Of a DNA stretch of 64,000 nucleotides, positions 50,543-59,204 are shown piece by piece. Origin of the DNA: Candidatus Latescibacterota bacterium (lineage in GTDB: Bacteria > Latescibacterota > UBA2968); assembly GCA_965116885.1 (NCBI GenBank), contig OZ220741.1:5312001-5376000 (forward strand), written 5' to 3'. A program made the position numbers and the translations under genes. The notes under the pieces are model-generated. The model was not told the DNA's origin. It was given only the letters and a program-made list of their open reading frames with translations, and ran no database searches. Position 1 is the first letter of the stretch. The number at the start of each line of letters is the position of its first letter.

Positions 50543-51397
50543 ATGCAATACATTTTACTCGCGCTCATCGTCCCTCTCATCATCTTCACAAAACTCGGAT
50601 GTGCGGCTGCGCGGCAATCAACCCATGAGCAAAATTCCGGTCCGCCGACTGTCAAATCTGACGAACCCGCACAACCCGCCGCCGATCTCCTCACCAGCGG
50701 CAAAAATATCCTTCAACAGGGTATAAACGAGAACAATCTCGACGCCCTGTACACCGCCCGGGCGACATTCGAACGCGCCCTCACCGATAAAAATCTATCG
50801 GCATGGAGCCATTACTACATCGCCCTCACCGACTACCGCATCGCCAACTATCTCTTAGCCCAGGGCAAAAAGAACAAAGACCAGGCGTCTAAGCACCTCA
50901 AGGAAGCGGCTGAACATCTGGAAGGAGCCACCCGAAAAGAAGCCTCTGGAGAAGATGCCAAAACGATCGTTGCCGAAGTCTATGCACTGCTATCAAGCGT
51001 ATATGGGCGGCAAATCAGCCTGAGTGGAATCAAAGGCATATTCCTCGGACCCAAATCCGGCAACCTCTTAAAAAAAGCCGAACAACTCGCACCCGACAAT
51101 CCGCGTGTGGTCCTGACCGCGGCCATCAGTGCTTTTAACACACCCAAAATGTGGGGTGGAAGCAAAGAACGGGCAATAGAAGGATTCCAACGCGCCGCAT
51201 ATCTCTTTGCACGAGAAAAACCAACCGATCCCATCCATCCCGTCTGGGGACACAGCGAGACCTATGCCTGGCTGGGCATCGCGTATATGGACCGCGATGA
51301 GGAAGATTCAGCGCGGGCGGCTTTTGAAAAAGCGCTCGAAATTGATCCAGATAATGGCTGGGTCAAATACGAATTATTGCCCAAGGTGTCAGGATAG
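50543..51397 (+). CDS. Exported TPR-repeat protein
   Basis: N-terminal hydrophobic segment with Cys; PDNPR, YAWLG, FEKALEIDP. Confidence 0.8.
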   Translation: MQYILLALIVPLIIFTKLGCAAARQSTHEQNSGPPTVKSDEPAQPAADLLTSGKNILQQGINENNLDALYTARATFERALTDKNLSAWSHYYIALTDYRIANYLLAQGKKNKDQASKHLKEAAEHLEGATRKEASGEDAKTIVAEVYALLSSVYGRQISLSGIKGIFLGPKSGNLLKKAEQLAPDNPRVVLTAAISAFNTPKMWGGSKERAIEGFQRAAYLFAREKPTDPIHPVWGHSETYAWLGIAYMDRDEEDSARAAFEKALEIDPDNGWVKYELLPKVSG

Positions 51398-51415
51398 CAT
51401 AAGTAACGCATTATA

Positions 51416-51460
51416 AAAAGAAAGACCGCGAGTCGAAACATCTCGCGGTCTTTCTTTTTT
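51416..51460 (+). terminator. Intrinsic terminator
   Basis: aaagaaagaccgcgag-tcgaaacat-ctcgcggtctttctttttt. Confidence 0.85.
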
Positions 51461-51550
51461 AAAAATCGGTTGACAGCGTCTTCAATCGCCTATTACATTT
51501 GATCTCTCCCAAACAAAAATAGCAAAAACCCAACTCACAAAGGAACGCAC

Positions 51551-52639
51551 ATGTCCAACGACAACATCATTCGCGTCGCCATCGGCGGTCAGGGTCGCAG
51601 TGGATACAACATCCACGCCAAACAATTGAACCAGATGCCCGACAAATTCAAAATTGTAGCCGTAGCCGATCAATTGCCCGAGCGCAGGCGCGATGCCCGC
51701 GAACAATTTGGAGCCGAAGCTTATGAAGACTGGCAAGACATGATCAAAGCGGGGGGATTTGATCTCTTTGTCAATGCCCTCCACCAGCCCCTGCACCCCG
51801 TCGCCAGCATTGCCGCTCTCCAGGCGGGTAACCATGTCGTATGCGAAAAACCCACCTGCAAAACCGTGGCGCAATTCGACGACATCGTTCAGACAGCCAC
51901 AGACAACAACCGCGTCTTTGCTCCCTTTCAAAACAACCGGTTGCAGCCCTACTTCGACAAAATGCAGGAAATCATCAACTCGGGCGTTTTGGGTAAAATT
52001 GTGTACATCCGATCCTCCTGGGGCGGTTTTTCGCGGCGCTGGGACTGGCAAACCCGTCAGGAAAACTGGGGCGGTGGCCTGCTCAACACAGGACCTCATC
52101 CCGTAGATCAAGCCCTCTGCCTCTTTGGCTTCGACCACACCCCCAGCGTCTTTGCCCGAATGGACTGCAACAACCCCTTTGAAGGCGACGCCGACGATCA
52201 CTGCACCGTCACATTGTACGACCCCGAACGACAGGCACCCCAAATCGACATCGTCGTGAGCAACTACCTGCATTATCCGCAAAACGACACCTACACCATT
52301 AACGGCACCTATGGCGGTCTCACAGGGGGATCATCAGCACTCAAATGGCGTTATTTTGACCCCGAAAAAGCACCCAAACACGACATGTGGACCTGGTCGG
52401 TAAACCGACAATACACCCGCGAGGAACTCGACTGGATCGAAGAAACGTGGACACTCGAAGAAGAGAAGAAAAGCAACACCCCCTCCGTCTCACTCGAAAG
52501 CGGTCCCGCACGCTTCTACAACAACATCCACGACGCCCTCAAAAACAACGGCGAACTCCTCATCACCCCCGCGCAAGTACGCACACAAATCGCCGTGATA
52601 GAAGAATCCCATCGTCAAAATCCACTCCCTAAAAAATAA
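51551..52639 (+). CDS. Gfo/Idh/MocA family oxidoreductase
   Basis: GQGRSG, CEKP, FQNNR, GGGLLNTGPH. Confidence 0.92.
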   Translation: MSNDNIIRVAIGGQGRSGYNIHAKQLNQMPDKFKIVAVADQLPERRRDAREQFGAEAYEDWQDMIKAGGFDLFVNALHQPLHPVASIAALQAGNHVVCEKPTCKTVAQFDDIVQTATDNNRVFAPFQNNRLQPYFDKMQEIINSGVLGKIVYIRSSWGGFSRRWDWQTRQENWGGGLLNTGPHPVDQALCLFGFDHTPSVFARMDCNNPFEGDADDHCTVTLYDPERQAPQIDIVVSNYLHYPQNDTYTINGTYGGLTGGSSALKWRYFDPEKAPKHDMWTWSVNRQYTREELDWIEETWTLEEEKKSNTPSVSLESGPARFYNNIHDALKNNGELLITPAQVRTQIAVIEESHRQNPLPKK

Positions 52640-52660
52640 AGCACAACAAAGGAACCCCCC

Positions 52661-53512
52661 ATGAGCATCCCCATCTTAGACACCCATCAACACCTCATCT
52701 ACCCGGACAAATATCCCTATTCGTGGACCAATGACCTCGCACCACTCAAAGGCAATGCCTTCCACATCGAAGACTATTTGACCCTCACAAAAGACAGCGG
52801 CATCACCCGCACCATTTTCATGGAAGCCTCGCCCGATGACCCCCACTGGCATGACGAAACGCAATTTGTTTATGAATTATCCGAACAACCCAATGCCATA
52901 ATCGAAGGCGTCATCGCCAACTGCCGTCCCGAATCCCCCTCTGGATTTGAAGCCTATATCGAATCTGTCCAGCACCCCAAACTCGTCGGCTTCCGCCGCA
53001 TCCTGCACACCATGCCCGACGACCTCTCCCAATCGGATCACTTCGCAACAAACATCCGCCTGCTCGAAAAATACAACCTCACCTTCGACCTCTGCTTCCG
53101 CGCCGACCAACTCCCCATCGCCCGCAACCTCGCGCAAAAATGTCCAGACGTCCAATTCATCCTCGACCACTGCGGCGTACCGGATATTGCAAACAGCGAG
53201 ACAGACCCCTGGCGCGACCATATCGCACAAATAGCCGCCCTCCCCAATGTCGCATGCAAAATATCGGGCGTCCTCGCCTATTGCGCCGAGGGAAACGCCA
53301 CCACCGAAGCAGTACGCCCTTATGTCGAACACTGCATCGCCAGCTTTGGCTGGAATCGCGTGGTCTGGGGCAGCGACTGGCCCGTATGCAACACGCGGTC
53401 CGATATCCAAACCTGGGTCCAAACATCGCGCGAAATCGTCGCCAATGCCGACGTGGCGGATCAGGAAAAACTCTTTCATAAGAACGCAGAACGCATCTAT
53501 TTGAAAAAATAA
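52661..53512 (+). CDS. Amidohydrolase family 2 (sugar lactonase-like)
   Basis: DTHQH, LDHCG, CKISG, WGSDWP, NAERIY. Confidence 0.9.
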   Translation: MSIPILDTHQHLIYPDKYPYSWTNDLAPLKGNAFHIEDYLTLTKDSGITRTIFMEASPDDPHWHDETQFVYELSEQPNAIIEGVIANCRPESPSGFEAYIESVQHPKLVGFRRILHTMPDDLSQSDHFATNIRLLEKYNLTFDLCFRADQLPIARNLAQKCPDVQFILDHCGVPDIANSETDPWRDHIAQIAALPNVACKISGVLAYCAEGNATTEAVRPYVEHCIASFGWNRVVWGSDWPVCNTRSDIQTWVQTSREIVANADVADQEKLFHKNAERIYLKK

Positions 53513-53518
53513 TAACGG

Positions 53519-54316
53519 TCACCCCACACGCGCACTCAACCCCCCATCCACCGGAAGCAAAACGCCCGTAATATACCTCGCCTCATCTGAAGCGAGGAAC
53601 ACCGCGGCAGCAGCCACATCCCACGCCGACCCCATTCTTTGTTCAAGAGGCACCTGTGCAGCGCGCTCTTCACGAAGCGCATTCCGGTTGACACCCTGAT
53701 CTTGAACGCGGGATTCAATCGCCATCGGCGTATCCATCAGACCGGGCAGAATCGCATTTACGCGCACGCCATAAGGCGCATTTTCAAGCGCGAGATTCTG
53801 CGTAAACGCATTGATCCCCGCCTTGGCGATTTTGTACGCAAGCGTCCTGGGACGAAAACACACAGCCGCCGTAGAAGAAATATTGATAATAACGCCGCTT
53901 CCTTGCGCGCGCATAACGGGAAGCACATATTTACACGTCAGAAACAACCCCTTGAGATTAATATCCATAAGTCGCTGCCAGTCTTCACCACTCAGATCAA
54001 CAGAACCCCCGTCTCCCCTCAGCGTACCGACATTATTGTGCAAAACATCGATACGCCCATAGCGATGGACACAAGTCTCACCAATAGCCCGACAATCGCC
54101 TTCAATCGTAATATCTGCGCCGAGCACCGACGTACGCCCCTTCTCCTGTGCAATCATCCGCGCAGTCTCTTCCGCAGACGCGACGTCTTTATCCACCAGA
54201 AGCACCTGCGCGCCCGCTCTGGCAAAGCGAATAGCCGTCGCACGTCCATTGCCAATGGTCTCGCCCGCCGACTGTCCTGCGCCAACGACAATCGCTATTT
54301 TATCTTTAAGCTGCAT
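53519..54316 (-). CDS. Short-chain dehydrogenase/reductase
   Basis: IGNG, HNNVG, NISS, YKIAK, VNAILPG, VDGG. Confidence 0.92.
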   Translation of the reverse strand: MQLKDKIAIVVGAGQSAGETIGNGRATAIRFARAGAQVLLVDKDVASAEETARMIAQEKGRTSVLGADITIEGDCRAIGETCVHRYGRIDVLHNNVGTLRGDGGSVDLSGEDWQRLMDINLKGLFLTCKYVLPVMRAQGSGVIINISSTAAVCFRPRTLAYKIAKAGINAFTQNLALENAPYGVRVNAILPGLMDTPMAIESRVQDQGVNRNALREERAAQVPLEQRMGSAWDVAAAAVFLASDEARYITGVLLPVDGGLSARVG

Positions 54317-54318
54317 AT

Positions 54319-55545
54319 TCATTCTACCGCGCACTCTTGCACAACATCCGATTCCATATTGACAAACGTATTCCCCTCAATCACCGTTCCGCGTGCTTCG
54401 CGCTCAATCGCAATCCCCACCTTCTGCTTCTCTCCCCCCGAATCCTCAATCCGATTATCTCGAATCTCCACATCATACGTCGTACCGCGAATCTCAATCC
54501 CATACCCATTCTCGGCAAAACCATTATCGCGGATCACACACGAATGAATCGCATTCCTGTGCGCCCCTCGAAACTCGGATAACGGCGTCCGGAACAAAAT
54601 GCCCACCTTGTGATTATCCGCAATCTCGCAATTGACAATCCGGTTATCCGTATCTCTGTGCCCAATTGAAATGCCAAAATCCCGATTGTCCAAACACGCG
54701 CAATTCTTCGCCACACCATCCGACACACCCCAGCAAAAGAAAATCCCCTGACTATTGCCCGTTGACCGGCAATTGAGAAACTGCGGCCTTTGTGATCCGC
54801 TACCCGGATGAAACCCCAGATTGGCATTGTTCTCCGACACACAATTTTCAAAAACAAAATCATCGCAAACCTGAAAACTGAACCCATCGCCATTGTAATT
54901 GCGCGCCGTCACATTCCGAAAAGCATAGCGGTGACAGCGCTGCAAAAACACCGCACCCGAATAATTCCCATTGATCTCTTCATTCTCCTCCATATTGCCA
55001 TCCAGAACGATATTCTCAATCGCGACATCGCAAACCCCTTCTTCCGCCGTCAAAATGGGGAAAATCGTCGCCAGCGTCGCCCGTTCATCCAGCCACATAT
55101 TTTTGTACACGCGCTTGCTAAGCGAAATCACCCGCCCCTCAATCGCCGTCACAGTATCTTTCACCACCGTCATCCCGGACTTGCCATAAGACCGCAACAT
55201 CACCCCGCATCCCACGCCAAACCCCTGTGCATCTTCCACCTCGACCCGCGCCTCATACCAATCGGAATCCCGCACCAGATGCGTAACAACTCCCTCCGCC
55301 TTCTTCAACACCGTCGCACTACCCGACCCACGCACAGTCAAATTTGGATGCAGATAAAGCGCATTCTGCATCGTATAGACCCCCGGCAAAATCTGCAAAA
55401 CACCGCCGCCCAGGCGATGCAAATAATCCGCACCAGCCTGCAAAATCCGATCATCGCCCCCCTGCAAATCCCCCTCGCTCTGCCCCACTGTCAACACCAT
55501 CTCCCGCCGCTCTGTCATAGGCCGATTAGCAGAAAAATCCGACAT
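54319..55545 (-). CDS. Right-handed beta-helix (pectate lyase-like) protein
   Basis: GGGVLQILPGVY, repeated NC...N...G rungs. Confidence 0.82.
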   Translation of the reverse strand: MSDFSANRPMTERREMVLTVGQSEGDLQGGDDRILQAGADYLHRLGGGVLQILPGVYTMQNALYLHPNLTVRGSGSATVLKKAEGVVTHLVRDSDWYEARVEVEDAQGFGVGCGVMLRSYGKSGMTVVKDTVTAIEGRVISLSKRVYKNMWLDERATLATIFPILTAEEGVCDVAIENIVLDGNMEENEEINGNYSGAVFLQRCHRYAFRNVTARNYNGDGFSFQVCDDFVFENCVSENNANLGFHPGSGSQRPQFLNCRSTGNSQGIFFCWGVSDGVAKNCACLDNRDFGISIGHRDTDNRIVNCEIADNHKVGILFRTPLSEFRGAHRNAIHSCVIRDNGFAENGYGIEIRGTTYDVEIRDNRIEDSGGEKQKVGIAIEREARGTVIEGNTFVNMESDVVQECAVE

Positions 55546-55701
55546 GTCGAAGCTCCTCAAATTCACAAACTGCTCGCAAATGACAAAATGAGAAATAAAA
55601 AAATTCCGCTACCAAGATTTGACAGCGGAGTAAGTAGCATATTTCCATGGGCCTGTCAAGAAAGATATACGGTTCTTTAATCCGTATCATGACGCCTATG
55701 G

Positions 55702-58212
55702 CTAACGATTCGTCTGATAATTTATCAAGCTGCCCGCGGGTATGCCCCCATAATCCTCCACCCGTTTGTTATCCCGGTCGCTCTCGTGAAGCGGCGGCGT
55801 GTAGGTTAGCATCACATCTTGAGCCGCGAAGGTCGCCCCTGCCTGCCCCGTCCAACTCAGGTCTATTGTAACCGTACTCCCGTCATTGGCGAGGTAATTT
55901 TCTCTTTGATAACGGACGCCTTCGATCATTATCGCACCCTGCACACCCTGTATCAAGACCGCGTAGGCGTCAGAGGGGACCTCTGTGACCGGGTTCAGTT
56001 TCTCGTTGTAGATCAACTTTAGTTCCCCGGTATAAGAGCCTGCGCTTATCTCCTCTGTTCCCAGCGTCATTCCTATCAGCGTTGGCGGTGTTCGGTCTGG
56101 TGGCAGAAAATCTGGCAGTGGCGTATTGCGAATCGTTTCCCATTCCGTGCGAAGGGCTTTGAGCCAATCCGGGATGGTGCCATGCCGCAGTTCGAGTTGT
56201 GCGTCGAAAAGCGATTCTGGCTCAACCGCACTGCCCTGGGATTCGTTAAGCTGGACAGTGTTTTCATTAAAGGTGGCCGCATTGCCGTGAAAGCCAACGA
56301 TGATGGGTTTTATCACGACGCGGCCCTGTTGATCAGGACCCCGATTCCAAAAATCGTAATGTTGCGACGCTGGTCCCTGATGAAAATTCCAGGCCACAAA
56401 ATGTCCGAGATGATGAGGGCAATTCCGTGAGCAAACACCACTGCTGCCACCCAGATTGCCACCGTTCACGCGGTCAAACAGGGTAGCAATGGGTTCTCCG
56501 CTTCTTTGAGCGTGAAAGTCAAGTGATGCGGGATAATCATAACGATAGTACACGTTTCCGGAGCGTGGACCCTGTATATTGGGACCGTGTTGATGCCCTG
56601 CGAGGTCTTCTGAAAGACCGATCCACGAGTGGTCCGTGTTCCCCAAAAAAGCAAAATGACCCTGATTTCCCGCCAGTGTGACGTGATAAACGGATATGGC
56701 TGATCCATTAATGCCCAGTGCGATACTGGTGTTGATAAACGAGACGCGCCGAACCCAGGAATTGACACAACCTCGGAGTTGGAGCATATACCAGCTATAA
56801 TCGTGAATATAATTCTTATGATGGACAAAATCACCTGTCCACGATCCCTGAAAACTGATGTCTTCAACGCCAACTTCCTCAAGGAACCGGTATTCGTGTA
56901 CCTCCCAACCATAGCTGCTGTTGACATTGGCGTGCAGGGGTTCATGAAAGCGCATCCGGTTGTTTTGGATTTCAGCAATGCGGTGCGTTTCATCCACGAT
57001 AACCCCCCTTTTACTAATTTCCCAATCGGAACTTGGTGTGAACCCACCCATAAAATCAGCGATTGCCGCAGTGCTTTCCATCTTCAGCGTAACCCACTCA
57101 CCCACATTGAACTGGGAAGCATCTGCGACTGTGATCCAAAAGGTTTCGCGGAGAGCATCTTCTGTAACAGAGGTGCTTTTTCTCGAGTTGCCCCTATACC
57201 TGAACAGAAACATGGGATGCCAACCCCCATCAGAACCCAGGGATCTTTTGTACATGCTGTTCACCTGCCGGATGACTGTGCCCCCGGCTCGGCTGCCGCT
57301 TCCCCTGAGGACGATATTGCTGCTGCGAATCGCGATGGTCGTGAACTCACCCGCTTCGGTTGTATCGGCATCGGTATTGACGAGAAATTCACCTGATGGA
57401 AAAAAGATAATGCCGCTACCGTTCTGTTCCGCAGCAGCAATAGCAGCCGTAATGGCGACCTGATCAGACTGGTCATCATCGGGGATGGCACCATAAGTTG
57501 TGACATCATATATCGGTGCCATAATTTCATTGCTGTGGGGAACGGGTTTGTTGAAGTGGTGATAGCCCGCGTAGGAAAAATCGGGCAGGATAGGTTCTGT
57601 CCCATTCTCTTTGGCCTCCACAAATTGTCGATAGGTACTCGAGGTCTGTGGGGAATGGACACTGATCCTCACCGCGATGCTGTCGGTGCCTCCATGACCA
57701 TCGCGCACGTTCACCGTCACCGAGTAAACGCGCCTGATTTTGTAATCGTAAGAAACCCCTTCTCGTGTCAGAAGTTGACCGTTGCCCGAGACAATTGTGA
57801 ATGCACTCGCATCCGGTCCTCTCAGGCTGTATGTGAGGGCGTGATTATCGGCATCGGTGGCAGAAATAGGTTTGCCGATAGGCGTGCCTGCCGAGGTGTT
57901 CTCATCCACTGAGCGTATAACAGGAGAGGCGAAGGTGAATACCGGCACCTGATTTACCGCTTCGCCAAAGCTACTGACAAGGATCAGAAAATCGTCAAAT
58001 CCAATCGCGCCATCGCCATTCAGGTCGTATCTCGCCTCATACTTCTCTTCACCCTTCTGAGACCCAAACGCCCCTACAAACAGCAAAAAGTCGGGAAAAT
58101 CGACAAGCCCACTCCCGTCAAAGTCGGGGGAAGGTTCCGCAGCGAGAGATAAGGGATGACTCAACAGAACGATGAGTATAATAGCAAAACTCAAAGCATA
58201 TGGTGATCGCAT
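55702..58212 (-). CDS. Secreted modular protein: dockerin/EF-hand-like pair + cadherin-like + beta-helix/DUF4955 + C-terminal SwmB-like domain
   Basis: Signal peptide; PDFDGSGLVDFPDF...YDLNGDGAIGFDDF; RSVDENT..ATDAD..LTYSL; LPDFSYAGYH, YGAIPDD, VEPESLFDAQL. Confidence 0.75.
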   Translation of the reverse strand: MRSPYALSFAIILIVLLSHPLSLAAEPSPDFDGSGLVDFPDFLLFVGAFGSQKGEEKYEARYDLNGDGAIGFDDFLILVSSFGEAVNQVPVFTFASPVIRSVDENTSAGTPIGKPISATDADNHALTYSLRGPDASAFTIVSGNGQLLTREGVSYDYKIRRVYSVTVNVRDGHGGTDSIAVRISVHSPQTSSTYRQFVEAKENGTEPILPDFSYAGYHHFNKPVPHSNEIMAPIYDVTTYGAIPDDDQSDQVAITAAIAAAEQNGSGIIFFPSGEFLVNTDADTTEAGEFTTIAIRSSNIVLRGSGSRAGGTVIRQVNSMYKRSLGSDGGWHPMFLFRYRGNSRKSTSVTEDALRETFWITVADASQFNVGEWVTLKMESTAAIADFMGGFTPSSDWEISKRGVIVDETHRIAEIQNNRMRFHEPLHANVNSSYGWEVHEYRFLEEVGVEDISFQGSWTGDFVHHKNYIHDYSWYMLQLRGCVNSWVRRVSFINTSIALGINGSAISVYHVTLAGNQGHFAFLGNTDHSWIGLSEDLAGHQHGPNIQGPRSGNVYYRYDYPASLDFHAQRSGEPIATLFDRVNGGNLGGSSGVCSRNCPHHLGHFVAWNFHQGPASQHYDFWNRGPDQQGRVVIKPIIVGFHGNAATFNENTVQLNESQGSAVEPESLFDAQLELRHGTIPDWLKALRTEWETIRNTPLPDFLPPDRTPPTLIGMTLGTEEISAGSYTGELKLIYNEKLNPVTEVPSDAYAVLIQGVQGAIMIEGVRYQRENYLANDGSTVTIDLSWTGQAGATFAAQDVMLTYTPPLHESDRDNKRVEDYGGIPAGSLINYQTNR

Positions 58213-58280
58213 GTGAAGCAGCCTGGACATGTTGAACTTTCCACAAAAGGCAGTCATCAATCTTTTGACGGCGTAAACCT

Positions 58281-58967
58281 TTATACCTGAGCACTGACCT
58301 CATGCACCTTCAAATTCGCATATTCGCCAATCAAAGGCGCCATCTGCCGAAAACCGATCTTGCCACCGCCCAGCAAAGGCCCATACGTCTGACCATCATC
58401 CACCCAGTGAAAAATTTTCAAATCGCGAATATAAAAAACAACCTCTGCACCGCATTTGATCAGCGTAATCGGGTATGGCGGAATAGCATCGTCAACAGAA
58501 GGCAGGGGATCCGCCCCCTGACTGACCATGTGAAAACCATAACTCTTGCGCAAATTGCAAACTTGAAAGGCGCGTTCTTTGAGTGCCTTTCGCCGAAAAT
58601 AAGACACATGCAACGCATTGATATCGCTGCTGTGATACTGCTTGTATTCCCCAGCCCGCGGCGCCAATGACGAATCAAATATATCTTCACCACCTCGTCC
58701 CAAAGCAGAAAAAAACAGAATGCACAACCCCGGCTCGCGCACCGGCCAAAAATCCCATGTCACAGCAATATCCGTGGGAAAATCTTCAGGACACCAAAAA
58801 ACAAAATTCGCCGCCTGTCCTTCCCCTGGATCGCGACGGTTCTCCATTCGCATGCGACCATTCGGAAAAGTGATCGCAGCATCCCCCTCCAGCCGAAACC
58901 CTTCAATATCTGATGTGGAAGACAGCGGATTATCATAAATCAATTCGCCAAATTCAAAATTATCCAT
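58281..58967 (-). CDS. DUF1961 (YesU-like) family protein
   Basis: LIYDNPL, FRLEG, NLRKS.GF, GGGKIGFRQM; own RBS aggagagg; in-frame upstream extension to 59111. Confidence 0.85.
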   Translation of the reverse strand: MDNFEFGELIYDNPLSSTSDIEGFRLEGDAAITFPNGRMRMENRRDPGEGQAANFVFWCPEDFPTDIAVTWDFWPVREPGLCILFFSALGRGGEDIFDSSLAPRAGEYKQYHSSDINALHVSYFRRKALKERAFQVCNLRKSYGFHMVSQGADPLPSVDDAIPPYPITLIKCGAEVVFYIRDLKIFHWVDDGQTYGPLLGGGKIGFRQMAPLIGEYANLKVHEVSAQV

Positions 58968-59136
58968 AACACCTCTCCTGATGCGTTGACGTATCGGATT
59001 CTTAGCTGCATGAACAGCCTGCCTCAAAAACAGCGGCGCACTGCCAAAAGATACTGAAAACAACGCCATCTTGCTGCATTTTATGAACGCCCTGCGAGTC
59101 CATTCCATCATCTTAGTCTCCCTTCCTAAAAAACAA

Positions 59137-59165
59137 AAAGCTCTGGCAAAACACCAGAGCTTTTC
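59137..59165 (-). terminator. Intrinsic terminator after the activator gene
   Basis: aaaagctctgg-caaaaca-ccagagctttt. Confidence 0.7.
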
Positions 59166-59204
59166 TGTTCCAGCGGCATCAACCCCGGTTCCAGCATATC
59201 CATA

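Noticed and set aside
55618..55660. TTGACAG...CTGTCAA inverted repeat as an IS end
   Set aside because: Short; explained by a minus-strand -35 box for the 55545 gene; no matching end near 58270
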